Assembly: GCA_021740745.1 (NCBI GenBank)
Contig: JAIOZF010000004.1
Location: forward strand, 3,879-67,878
DNA length: 64,000 nucleotides
Reading direction: 5' to 3'
DNA from: Crocinitomicaceae bacterium
GTDB lineage: Bacteria; Bacteroidota; Bacteroidia; Flavobacteriales_D; Crocinitomicaceae
Part shown: positions 26,939 to 36,356 of the stretch, one piece after another
Numbering within the stretch: the first letter of the stretch is position 1
Layout: each line of letters opens with the position of its first letter
Notes under the pieces: generated by a model
What the model saw: only the letters and a program-made list of their open reading frames with translations
Told to the model about the DNA's origin: nothing
The model's database searches: none
Position numbers and translations under genes: made by a program

Positions 26939-29317
26939 TTGAGGATCCTTATTTACATATCAGTCATTTTTCTACCAACTTTCGTTGTTGCTCAGCTTAT
27001 TACATCCACAGGTCAATCTCCAACATCTCTTGTTCAAAATGTCCTATTGGGTCCAGGTGTAACTGTTTCAAATATTAATTACAATGGCAGTCCCGCTGCA
27101 ATTGGCTATTTCAATGGTGCAGGAACAAATATTGGGATTACAGAAGGAATCGTTATGACTACTGGAACTGTTTTGAATAATGGATCTGGTCCGCATGGCC
27201 CTAATAATGCTGCTGGTTCTGGCATTGATAATAATGTTGGTGGCTCAGGTTTACTTTCTAACCTCATTGGTGGCGCCACAACGCTAAACGCAGCAATCCT
27301 AGAATTCGATTTTGTACCTTATTCAGATACTGTGCGCTTTCGATATGTGTTTGGTTCAGAAGAATATCCCGAATATGCTCCACCTAATAATTCTGGGTTC
27401 AATGATGTTTTTGGATTTTTTATTTCGGGTCCTGGGATCACTGGAAATACAAATATTGCCCAGTTACCAGCTGGTGCTGGCGTTGTATCCATTAATAATG
27501 TGAATGCAATTACAAATTCGGCCTACTTTACGGATAATGGAAACGGCAATTCACCACCTCAAAATGGCTCACCCGTTTATATTCAGTACGACGGTTTTAC
27601 AAAAGTTTTAGAAGCAGTTAGCCGCGTACAATGTGGAAAAACTTATCATTTAATATTGGCAGTCGCTGATGTAACAGATGGAATATACGATTCTGGAATT
27701 TTTTTACAAGCAAATAGTCTTTCATCCAAGACACCTGTTGATATTACTTATACTCTATCACAACAAACAACTGCTGATCCTAGCATGATGTCTGAAGGTT
27801 GTGTTACAGCCACAGTGCAATTAGAAAGAGGACAAAATGGAATTAATTTGCCACTCACAATTCCAATATCCGTTTCAGGAACTGCTACAGAAGGGGTTGA
27901 TTATTCCAATATACCTCCATCCATCACATTTGCTGCTAATCAAAGTATTGTTACTTTTCCAATTGATGCATTTTCTGATGGATTAGCAGAAGGTATCGAA
28001 ACAATTACACTTGAATTTCTATTAACGGATCCATGCGGTAATCAAACACCTATTGTCGTAAATTTAAAAATTCAAGATGTTGAGCCGGTTGCGGTTAGCA
28101 TCTCTGAACCAATTGTTGAATGTCCTGGTGATTTAGTTCAATTAACAGCAACTCCTTCTGGAGGAGCTCCGCCCTATTCTTACCTTTGGAGTACCGGCGA
28201 AACGACTCAAACAATAGCTGTTTCTCCAAATAGTACGCAAACATTTTCAGTATCTGTTACTGATGATTGTCTAGGAGAAACTGCAACCGCAAATACTACT
28301 GTAAGCGTTCCAGTATTCACTCCATTGACCCTTACGACATCTGGAAATATCACTGAAATTTGTCCTTATATTGTTCAATTAATGAATGCTGTACCAGCAG
28401 GTGGAGCAGGTGATTACACATTTCAATGGAGTATTTTAGGTGGTGCAAACTTGGGAACTGCTGCAAGTCAAAGTGTAGCCCCTTCAAGTTCTACTATTTA
28501 TGTTGTAACGGTAACCGACAAATGTGGAAATACGGCAACTGCTCAAATTGTTTATAGTATTCTAAGTCCACCATTACTATTAACAATGACACCTACTGTT
28601 GAAGTTTGTCCTGGAGATAGTGTTCTTATTGGCGTTTCTGCAACTGGCGGATTTGGACAATATTACTATTCATGGCCTTCTTTGGGCGCATCGACAAGTC
28701 AGGTATGGGTAAATCCTTTAACAACAACAAATTATACGGTGATTGTATCTGACGAATGTCAAACCTTTACTGTTTCAGGTTCTACGACTATCACGGTGGT
28801 AAAACCTACAGCCAATTTCTTTATTTCAAGTCATACGCTGTTTGATGACTTACCAATTACTTTTCAAAATGCATCTATCAATGCAGCAACTTATTTTTGG
28901 ACATTTGGAGATGGAAACAATTCAGCATTAGTTCATCCAAATAATACCTATGAAGAACCAGGCTTGTATTATGTAACCTTGGTTGCAACAGATGAAAAAG
29001 GTTGTATTGATTCTATTACAAAACCTATCAATATTAAAGAAGCGTATTACGTCTATGTGCCAAATACTTTCACACCAGATGGTTTAAGATCAAATAACTA
29101 CTTCAGTGCAAGTTTTTATGGAATTCGATCTGCCAGCGTAATGATTTTTAATCGTTGGGGCGAAAAAATCTTCGTTTCTGATGAAATGGATTTTGAATGG
29201 GATGGCACTTATAACAATGTAATGGTGCAAAATGGGACATATAGTTGGAAAATTACCTATATAACCAATTTTGGTTTAGAAGAGACGATAACAGGTCATG
29301 TTAATTTGATACGGTAA
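26939..29317 (+). CDS. T9SS type B sorting-domain protein: choice-of-anchor-L-like, Calx-beta-like, Ig-like repeats, PKD
   Basis: N-terminal LVQNVLLGPGVTVSNINYNGSPAAIGYFNG...GIVMTTG. Calx-beta-like segment (SVSGTATEGVDYSNIP...). Repeated CPGD...GG.PPYSY.WS Ig-like modules. PKD (WTFGDGNNS...GLYYVTLVATDEKGC). CTD YVPNTFTPDG...FNRWGEKIF...WDGTYN...GTYSWKI...GHVNLIR. TTG is the only available start. Confidence 0.75.
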   Translation: MRILIYISVIFLPTFVVAQLITSTGQSPTSLVQNVLLGPGVTVSNINYNGSPAAIGYFNGAGTNIGITEGIVMTTGTVLNNGSGPHGPNNAAGSGIDNNVGGSGLLSNLIGGATTLNAAILEFDFVPYSDTVRFRYVFGSEEYPEYAPPNNSGFNDVFGFFISGPGITGNTNIAQLPAGAGVVSINNVNAITNSAYFTDNGNGNSPPQNGSPVYIQYDGFTKVLEAVSRVQCGKTYHLILAVADVTDGIYDSGIFLQANSLSSKTPVDITYTLSQQTTADPSMMSEGCVTATVQLERGQNGINLPLTIPISVSGTATEGVDYSNIPPSITFAANQSIVTFPIDAFSDGLAEGIETITLEFLLTDPCGNQTPIVVNLKIQDVEPVAVSISEPIVECPGDLVQLTATPSGGAPPYSYLWSTGETTQTIAVSPNSTQTFSVSVTDDCLGETATANTTVSVPVFTPLTLTTSGNITEICPYIVQLMNAVPAGGAGDYTFQWSILGGANLGTAASQSVAPSSSTIYVVTVTDKCGNTATAQIVYSILSPPLLLTMTPTVEVCPGDSVLIGVSATGGFGQYYYSWPSLGASTSQVWVNPLTTTNYTVIVSDECQTFTVSGSTTITVVKPTANFFISSHTLFDDLPITFQNASINAATYFWTFGDGNNSALVHPNNTYEEPGLYYVTLVATDEKGCIDSITKPINIKEAYYVYVPNTFTPDGLRSNNYFSASFYGIRSASVMIFNRWGEKIFVSDEMDFEWDGTYNNVMVQNGTYSWKITYITNFGLEETITGHVNLIR

Positions 29318-31711
29318 TTAATCAAGAATGATTTTCCGATTAAACGTTAATCCATCTAGCACAACCCTTACAAAATAGACACCTTTTGCAGCATTTAAGG
29401 TAAAGAATCGATTTGTCAAATCCAATTGCACTGCTACCTGTTTACCATATGAATCAAAAATCAACAAGTCTTTGATGTTACTCATATCAAAATAATAAAC
29501 ACCTGTTGAATTTGGATTAGGATAAAAATCTACATTCGACATTAATTGGCTCTCCAACTCTGCAGTTGATAAAACTAATGAGGATTGAATCGAGCAATTA
29601 TTTGCATCTACTATTGATAAATTGTATACACCATCTGGCAATATAAATGAGTTGCCAAAATGCTCTATTCCATCTATAAAAACAGCATAAGATGGTGTGC
29701 CTCCTACGATTTCAATTTGAACGTTAAAATCTGTACTCGACTGATTATATGAGTTCTCAGAGAAAACCATCAAGGGCATTGGTTCAAAGATCTGAACGGA
29801 ATCAATTGCTGAACAACCAAATATATCTTGGTATTCATAAGTGTAAATTCCTGCTGCGAGATTATTTAATTGAGCACCATTACCTCCACTATTCCAAGAG
29901 ACTTGATAATTTGTTGAAAATGGTAAATTCAAATTAACTTGTCCATCATTTTGACCAAAGCAACTGATATGAAAAACAGATGGAATAATTGTCGGAGTCA
30001 CGCCAACGTTTATATTCACAGCATTACTTGTAATCAGATAACCAAACTCATTTTCAACCACAACTGAATAAGATCCACTTTCAGATACAGAAATGTACCT
30101 TCCAGTTTGCCCATTACTCCATGAATAACTCTCAAAATCACCAGCATCCAAAACAACTGAATCTCCTAAACAAAATGACAAACTTCCACTATATGCGATA
30201 GAATTGCTAAATGTTTGACCTTCTATAAAAGTATAATTTTGGTTAAGCAATAAATTATAAAATCTTTCAGTTATTCCACTAGGATATTCAATTACAACAG
30301 AATCAATCGTTGAATGATTACCTAAACCAAAAATATAATGTTGCGAATTTTGACTTAAATAGTTTTCTCCACAACGAGTAAAATGCACAAATTTCTCACT
30401 TCCACAATGAACATTAATCCATGTTCCTATTGCCATCTTATTAGAAACAGTCCCTTCTAATGAAATTTTGATAAAATTATTTTGACCATTTAACGTAGAT
30501 TGATTCATCCAAATAAATGAGTTTATTCCATTTACATTCTGAACTACTAAATCAGAAAACCCGTCATTATTTAAATCACCTTTTGCAACAGAAAAACTGC
30601 CTGCTATATGATTATCCGAAAAAAGTTGCGGTGAATCATCAAACGATTGTCCATTTTGATTCATATACAAATAATTCCTATCTTCTTGTACGATTCCACT
30701 ACCATTTCCTGTTGCAACATAAAGGTCTAAATAAGAGTCATTATCAGCATCAATCCAAGTTGCACCCCATGATAACTTGTCAATTGCCACTCCGTAAGCT
30801 TGACCTTGTTCAGTGAAATTCCATCCTGTACCTTTCACAAGAAGCCTACCTAATTTTCCCATGTCACCAGAATTAGACGAATAATGATCTAAATCCCCAT
30901 CATTATCAAAATCAGCAAAAGTCGCAGACATTGGGTCATCTCCAGGCAAGGCAGTTCCTGAAATTGCAGTCATATCAGTAAAAGTACCATCTCCGTTATT
31001 TCTATAAAGTGTATTATCTTTTTCCACCCTGTCATTGATAACATACAAATCAGGCCATTTATCTTTATTCACATCCATCCATACCCCCATAAAAGAAAGT
31101 CCTATTCCATTTCCAACACCAGCTGAAGATGTTACATTTGAAAAGGTTCCATCACCATCGTTTCTCAAAAGTAGATTCGTTAATCCTTCATTTGTGGGTT
31201 CACCCGTAAAAACATAACGACATAAATACATATCTAAAAACCCATCTCGATCGTAATCTGCAAATGTAATCCCATAATTTGCTGAATTAATTTCACTCAA
31301 TCCATCTTCAAAAGGAACTTCAATAAAATTAAAATTGCCGTTGTTACGCAATAACTTCAAACGACCATTGTAAGTTGATATAAACAAATCATTATCTCCA
31401 TCATTGTCATAATCGACCCAGATTTGACTTTTGGTTCGACCTTGATTCAAATAGAAAGGCTGTAATTTTTGAAAATTGCCAGCATTATTTTTATAAATTA
31501 CGATACTATCATTTTCTTGAATAAAGGTAATGTCATCCCACCCGTCATTATCAATATCAAAAACAGAAACTCCAGCTCCCCAATAATCAGAATTAGACAT
31601 TGAGTGGGATATTTGCAATTCTATTGCCTGATCATCAAAAAGTTGAGAAAACCCCAATTTAGTAAAGCCAAAGCTTACACTGAATAAAAAGATTAATAAC
31701 ACTTTATTCAT
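29318..31711 (-). CDS. FG-GAP/VCBS-repeat plus ASPIC/UnbV-like protein with T9SS type A sorting domain
   Basis: Seven D.(D/N).DG..D calcium-loop repeats (DIDNDGWDD, DYDNDGDND, DYDRDGFLD, DFDNDGDLD, GDLNNDGFSD...). ASPIC/UnbV-like segment (IGTWINVHCGSEKF...YLSQNSQHYIFGLG). One SprB-like repeat. CTD FYPNPNSTGVYYF...GVYFVRVVLDG...IILD. ATG at 31711 is preferred; the track start at 31717 is TTG. Confidence 0.75.
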   Translation of the reverse strand: MNKVLLIFLFSVSFGFTKLGFSQLFDDQAIELQISHSMSNSDYWGAGVSVFDIDNDGWDDITFIQENDSIVIYKNNAGNFQKLQPFYLNQGRTKSQIWVDYDNDGDNDLFISTYNGRLKLLRNNGNFNFIEVPFEDGLSEINSANYGITFADYDRDGFLDMYLCRYVFTGEPTNEGLTNLLLRNDGDGTFSNVTSSAGVGNGIGLSFMGVWMDVNKDKWPDLYVINDRVEKDNTLYRNNGDGTFTDMTAISGTALPGDDPMSATFADFDNDGDLDHYSSNSGDMGKLGRLLVKGTGWNFTEQGQAYGVAIDKLSWGATWIDADNDSYLDLYVATGNGSGIVQEDRNYLYMNQNGQSFDDSPQLFSDNHIAGSFSVAKGDLNNDGFSDLVVQNVNGINSFIWMNQSTLNGQNNFIKISLEGTVSNKMAIGTWINVHCGSEKFVHFTRCGENYLSQNSQHYIFGLGNHSTIDSVVIEYPSGITERFYNLLLNQNYTFIEGQTFSNSIAYSGSLSFCLGDSVVLDAGDFESYSWSNGQTGRYISVSESGSYSVVVENEFGYLITSNAVNINVGVTPTIIPSVFHISCFGQNDGQVNLNLPFSTNYQVSWNSGGNGAQLNNLAAGIYTYEYQDIFGCSAIDSVQIFEPMPLMVFSENSYNQSSTDFNVQIEIVGGTPSYAVFIDGIEHFGNSFILPDGVYNLSIVDANNCSIQSSLVLSTAELESQLMSNVDFYPNPNSTGVYYFDMSNIKDLLIFDSYGKQVAVQLDLTNRFFTLNAAKGVYFVRVVLDGLTFNRKIILD

Positions 31712-34700
31712 ACACAATAATTTTTTCGGTATAAACCAATCCTTCTTCTGTTCTAATATTCAAATAATAAACACCTGAAGAAAGAACATTTATGGCTAGT
31801 TTACAGTTCTTATCAATACAAGAACTTTCATTGATAACCTGTCTTCCAGTTGGATCTAGCATACTCGTAAAGATTCTTTTTTCGTTTTCGTTCCGAATAA
31901 TTAAATCATTTCCATTTTGAATAGGATTGGGATAAATTTTAAAATTTTTATTCCATCCTAATTCTGATATGCCATTTGCACTAATATCGTAACTTACATT
32001 TATCAAATCATTAAACCAGAATATTTCTTGGGTATTTGCTAAACTATCAATCGCACTAATAACTCGAAAGTTCAATCCAACCAAATCCAAGGTATTCTCA
32101 GGGAAATCAAACAAAGCAACAAAGGTGTTTGTATCCGTCCAATAGCTATCAAAAATGTTGTATGAAATCTCGACGACTGGATTAACGCCTTGATAGAATG
32201 AAACAACTGGTTTAAAATCCATTCGCATCAATTCTGAATAATCCATTACGATTTGAAATGAATTATCATTAATTACTTGATCATTTATTAAATTATGAGA
32301 AGGTGTAGCATTAATTATTTCAGGTTTACGCGTATCGATATCTAATTGACTGAGTAAAGGAAAATTCAATAAAATATTTCCTGATTGATCCTGAACCTCA
32401 TTTAAAAATAAATTAATACCATAAATTTCTTGCGTTGGCGCAAATTCTAAATCAAAAAATAAAATCAAATTGTTTGCATCCAACCAGAAACTATTTTGAT
32501 TCATTGTTAATGGCTGTAAAATTATACCATTATAAGAAAACTCTATAGAAGGAATATTACTGGTATTCATTAATTTGTTAAATGTCAAATTTAAGCTATA
32601 AGCATTACCGCCTGTATTAAAAACATTCAACTGACTAAGATTCGCAATATCTGAAACAATTTGTGGCAATTTAGAATCAACATCAACAGAAATAGTTGAT
32701 GAAACAAGTTCATTAGAATTTCCCAAAACATCTAAAACACCTTGTAATTGTATAACAATATTGCCTTCAATTTGATCTATTTGGTCAAGTGAATGGTATG
32801 ACCTGTAATGTTGATTATTCAACCACTGGCTGGAAACTGCATTATATGAAATGACAAGATTCCCATCAACAAATTGATCCAGTTGTACAGAAGGATTGAT
32901 ATTTTGACATGGCTCATTTAAATACCAATCTACAATCAACTCTTGTTGCAGACTCAATGAATTAATAATGGCAAAATTCGCGATAATTGAATCCATCAAT
33001 GGTTTTCGAGTATCATATTCTAGCGATAAATCAAAAATTCGATTGTTTTGTAATTTGTTATCTGCTGATTCACCATCGGAAATCATCACTTTGAAATTGT
33101 TCAATTCTAGATTTGCCCCGTCAATGGAATAAGATGAAGTGTATGTATCAGCATCGTTCCAATTCCCAGATACAAATGTCAAAACTGAATTATCAGAATT
33201 ATCTACGAGAAAAGTAACCAACGGATCAACCCCTGTATTCATAACACGGTCATAATTTAGGGTTATCTCGAAGTTTTGTCCTAAATGACTTTCATTGATT
33301 ATTGATTGAGAAATTACAATTGAATTAGAAGGTAAATCAATCGAAAAAATAGAATCTGCCATGGTAGCAGCCTCTGTACCTACAATAGTTCCGATTTCCC
33401 TTCCAGGAATATCATCAATCGGTGGATGAATTCCTCCCCAAAGACGAGATAAACTACATTGATCTGCGGCATCTTTATATGTTGCCCATTGCAATACTAT
33501 AGTCTCAGACGGACCGACCTCAAACTCTAAAAAATCATTCTGATTCGCAACAAATTCACTCATCCCACCTGGAAAATAAGGTGTTCCAGTAATAAATGTC
33601 ATAACATTTGAAGCAGCGTTTGAAAACGTAGAATGGCCAGACACATAGCCTGCAAAAGGAGGAGTAACAAAAGTCGGTCTTTGGTATGGCCACCAATTTT
33701 CGGCAAGAATCCAATCAACTCCAGCAATATCTGTATTTGGATCTGTTATGTAACTAGGACCTTTCCAAGTGTAAAGTTTTAATTTTCCGACATTCTCATC
33801 TGAAACCCCTGCTAACGGATCGCCTGATGAAACCAATTCAATATGACCTGGTATTATTGGTAAACCTGCAGGATGGTAATTAGGTAAGAGATTGTCCGTA
33901 CTTTGTCCTTTCCCTGCCATATATCTTATCATTGAAACAGGTCTTGGTGTATCAAACCAACCTTTAATTGACCAAGCAGAAATTGCTGCATCATGCATTG
34001 CTCCTCCCAAAGAGAGATATGCTTTTACATCGTATTCCATTTCAGACAAAATTGAACCAGCACCTTTCCATTGATTTACGAATAAAGGATGAATTCTAAC
34101 ATGATTATAAATTTCATACCAGTGACCAGGAGGTGTTTCACTATCAAGACCATCAGCCCAAAATTCCGCTAACACTCTAGTATAATCGCCTCTTTTAACG
34201 ATTTGAGGTTGATATGGTAAGCCTGTAACTGGATTAACCGAGTATCCCGTACCAGCATCGCCACCATCTATTAAATTATAAAAATCATCGTATTCACTCC
34301 AATTTTGTGGGTAAACGGTGGTATTACCTATACTATTTGGCGATACATCCCACATAACGCCGTCATTTGGGTCTAAATGGGATTGCCAAACGGATACCAA
34401 GATATGATTCCATTTTAAAAAATCTTCCAAACCGCTTTGCACATTCGTATCAAGTAAAGGAGGGTCAGCTGGAATATTATACACTTTATATGTGTCACCA
34501 TCTCTATCATGCAGAGAAAGTTGTGCAGCATCCATTGCAAAAGGATGCACATTGCCCCACTCAGGAGCAACAAATGGCGGGACACCTATAACCGGGTTTC
34601 CTGCTTGATCAATGGCATTAGGAAGACTTATTGCTTGCCATCTATTTGGGTCAATCATACTAGAATTCCCTGATTGCAAAGGTAAGATTGGTGGATTTGC

Positions 34701-35297
34701 TGGCTGATAATATTGGCTGGAATAATTTCCGATTTCATTTGAACCATCTACTAGTCCATATTCAATCCACTTCTGGGCAAGATAATTACCAAGCGCAGCT
34801 GGACCATCTATCTGGTAATTTGTAGAGTTGAAATTCGTTTCATAATTGAGTGCAAGCATCTGGTTTTCCAGACTTTGATAAATCAAGTAAACGCCAGGAG
34901 CATTCAAATATCTATGTTTTATTAATCTATAAGCGAAATAAGAGATTGCCTTTTCTTGCGCCGCTATTCTTTCTGTTTGATTATCTGGAATTTGCACACC
35001 ATCAAATGCACATTCAAATCCATTTAATTCTTTACCAAGAAAATAGGTTTCAACGTTTGGCTCATAGGCAGCCCAAGCGTCATATATCCCAGAGGATAGG
35101 TGATAAAGATTTCGCGCATGAATTGGAGGTCTTGCTCGATCTTTTCTAATAGCGTTCAAGTTTTGATTGACCCATTGATGGGGCACAGAAACCTGTGAAG
35201 ATCCATCCCAAACCTGAAATAAAATAGTAAAAATTAGAAAACTTCTAACTAGCATAAATTTGCGCTTTTGTAGTAATTGTAGTAGACAAACCATCAA
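31704..35297 (-). CDS. PAP2 / vanadium-haloperoxidase-like protein with four Ig-like modules and T9SS type A sorting domain
   Basis: Superfamily motifs KGWFDTPRP (33939-33965), VSGH (33633-33644) and SRLWGGIHPPID (33414-33449). Four modules of about 110 aa lie at about 31985-33331. CTD IYPNPIQNGNDLII...GVYYLNIRTEEG...IIVYE. The start is ATG at 35297 or 35255 (MLVRSFLIF...). Confidence 0.7.
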   Translation of the reverse strand: MMVCLLQLLQKRKFMLVRSFLIFTILFQVWDGSSQVSVPHQWVNQNLNAIRKDRARPPIHARNLYHLSSGIYDAWAAYEPNVETYFLGKELNGFECAFDGVQIPDNQTERIAAQEKAISYFAYRLIKHRYLNAPGVYLIYQSLENQMLALNYETNFNSTNYQIDGPAALGNYLAQKWIEYGLVDGSNEIGNYSSQYYQPANPPILPLQSGNSSMIDPNRWQAISLPNAIDQAGNPVIGVPPFVAPEWGNVHPFAMDAAQLSLHDRDGDTYKVYNIPADPPLLDTNVQSGLEDFLKWNHILVSVWQSHLDPNDGVMWDVSPNSIGNTTVYPQNWSEYDDFYNLIDGGDAGTGYSVNPVTGLPYQPQIVKRGDYTRVLAEFWADGLDSETPPGHWYEIYNHVRIHPLFVNQWKGAGSILSEMEYDVKAYLSLGGAMHDAAISAWSIKGWFDTPRPVSMIRYMAGKGQSTDNLLPNYHPAGLPIIPGHIELVSSGDPLAGVSDENVGKLKLYTWKGPSYITDPNTDIAGVDWILAENWWPYQRPTFVTPPFAGYVSGHSTFSNAASNVMTFITGTPYFPGGMSEFVANQNDFLEFEVGPSETIVLQWATYKDAADQCSLSRLWGGIHPPIDDIPGREIGTIVGTEAATMADSIFSIDLPSNSIVISQSIINESHLGQNFEITLNYDRVMNTGVDPLVTFLVDNSDNSVLTFVSGNWNDADTYTSSYSIDGANLELNNFKVMISDGESADNKLQNNRIFDLSLEYDTRKPLMDSIIANFAIINSLSLQQELIVDWYLNEPCQNINPSVQLDQFVDGNLVISYNAVSSQWLNNQHYRSYHSLDQIDQIEGNIVIQLQGVLDVLGNSNELVSSTISVDVDSKLPQIVSDIANLSQLNVFNTGGNAYSLNLTFNKLMNTSNIPSIEFSYNGIILQPLTMNQNSFWLDANNLILFFDLEFAPTQEIYGINLFLNEVQDQSGNILLNFPLLSQLDIDTRKPEIINATPSHNLINDQVINDNSFQIVMDYSELMRMDFKPVVSFYQGVNPVVEISYNIFDSYWTDTNTFVALFDFPENTLDLVGLNFRVISAIDSLANTQEIFWFNDLINVSYDISANGISELGWNKNFKIYPNPIQNGNDLIIRNENEKRIFTSMLDPTGRQVINESSCIDKNCKLAINVLSSGVYYLNIRTEEGLVYTEKIIVYE
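31985..33331 (-). repeat. four tandem modules of about 110 aa (Ig-like stalk) in the haloperoxidase-like protein
   Basis: Each module follows a D(T/S)(R/K)(K/L)P linker (DTRKPLMDSI, DSKLPQIVSD, DTRKPEIINA). The cores are similar (P.V.F......L......W.D.N...........). Boundaries are approximate. Confidence 0.5.
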
Positions 35298-35326
35298 TTA
35301 ACTTAATTTGAACTAACTAAGTGACT

Positions 35327-35334
35327 CAAAATTA
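35327..35334 (-). promoter_or_regulatory. -7 box TAATTTTG upstream of the haloperoxidase-like gene
   Basis: Exact TAnnTTTG match on the minus strand, 29 nt before the ATG at 35297 (71 nt before 35255). Confidence 0.4.
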
Positions 35335-35374
35335 ACCTATTTAAAGTTCTCTACAAAAAAAGCAATGAATTAAA

Positions 35375-36163
35375 TTATAGCGATTTAGTACGACCACCAT
35401 CAACTGGAACATTTATCCCATTAATATAGCTTGCTGCTGGAGAAGATAAGAATGCAATGGCAGCAGCTATTTCCTCTGGTTGAGCAATTCTTTTCATTGG
35501 TGATTCAGATCCCATTTCTAAAAAAACATCTTCGATTGTTTCACCATATTGATCAGCTTTGATTTTTGCTATACTTTGCAATCGAGCAGTATTTGTGGCA
35601 CCCGGCAACACATTATTTACCGTTATTCCGTATTGACCTAATTCGGTAGCAAGTGTTTTACTCCAATTTGCAACGGCTCCACGAATCGTATTAGAAACTC
35701 CTAAATTTGGCAATGGTTGTTTCACGCTTGTTGATATAACGTTGATAATTCTACCATAACCTTCATCAATCATCGTTGGGTAAATAGCCTGTACTAATAT
35801 ATGATTACAAATCAAATGCTGATTAAAAGCTGCAAGAAACTCTTCTGGAGCAGCATCCTTTATTGCTCCGCCTTTAGGTCCACCAGAATTATTGACTAGA
35901 ATATGTATTTTATTACCTTCATTTACAAAATTTGTTATCACTTCTTTTAGCTCATTAGGATATGTGAAATCAGCCACTAAAAAACGATGCTTTTGATGCG
36001 ATGAATGTGACAATTGTGCAATCGTATCCTTAAGAGTTGTTTCATTTCTTGCAATTAAAACCAAATTAGCTCCCATTTTCGCCAACTCAATTGCAGTCGC
36101 TTTACCAATACCTTGGGTACTGCCGCATACAAGCGCTGTTTTCCCTGTTAAATTCAATTCCAT
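35375..36163 (-). CDS. SDR-fold oxidoreductase, atypical (no catalytic Tyr)
   Basis: Rossmann motif TGKTALVCGSTQGIGKA, NNSGG and PG are present. At the YxxxK position the sequence is S157-N-T-I-R161 (35681-35695). Confidence 0.75.
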   Translation of the reverse strand: MELNLTGKTALVCGSTQGIGKATAIELAKMGANLVLIARNETTLKDTIAQLSHSSHQKHRFLVADFTYPNELKEVITNFVNEGNKIHILVNNSGGPKGGAIKDAAPEEFLAAFNQHLICNHILVQAIYPTMIDEGYGRIINVISTSVKQPLPNLGVSNTIRGAVANWSKTLATELGQYGITVNNVLPGATNTARLQSIAKIKADQYGETIEDVFLEMGSESPMKRIAQPEEIAAAIAFLSSPAASYINGINVPVDGGRTKSL

Positions 36164-36191
36164 GACTAACCTATTTCGTTTGATTCGATTA

Positions 36192-36199
36192 CAAAGTTA
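36192..36199 (-). promoter_or_regulatory. -7 box TAACTTTG upstream of the SDR gene
   Basis: Exact match on the minus strand, 28 nt before the ATG at 36163. Confidence 0.45.
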
Positions 36200-36318
36200 A
36201 TATAAATAATTTTCGATGGGAGTGTTAAAATATTCACCAAAATTAGCTAAACTGTCATTTTTTAACACGTTGCGACAAATGAAATCAAAAAAAATTATAA
36301 TATCATGGTAGTTAACAC

Positions 36319-36326
36319 TATCTTTG
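36319..36326 (+). promoter_or_regulatory. -7 box TATCTTTG upstream of the giant surface protein gene
   Basis: Exact match, 30 nt before the ATG at 36357. Confidence 0.5.
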
Positions 36327-36356
36327 CAAATTAATAACAAATTAAATGATTGGTTT

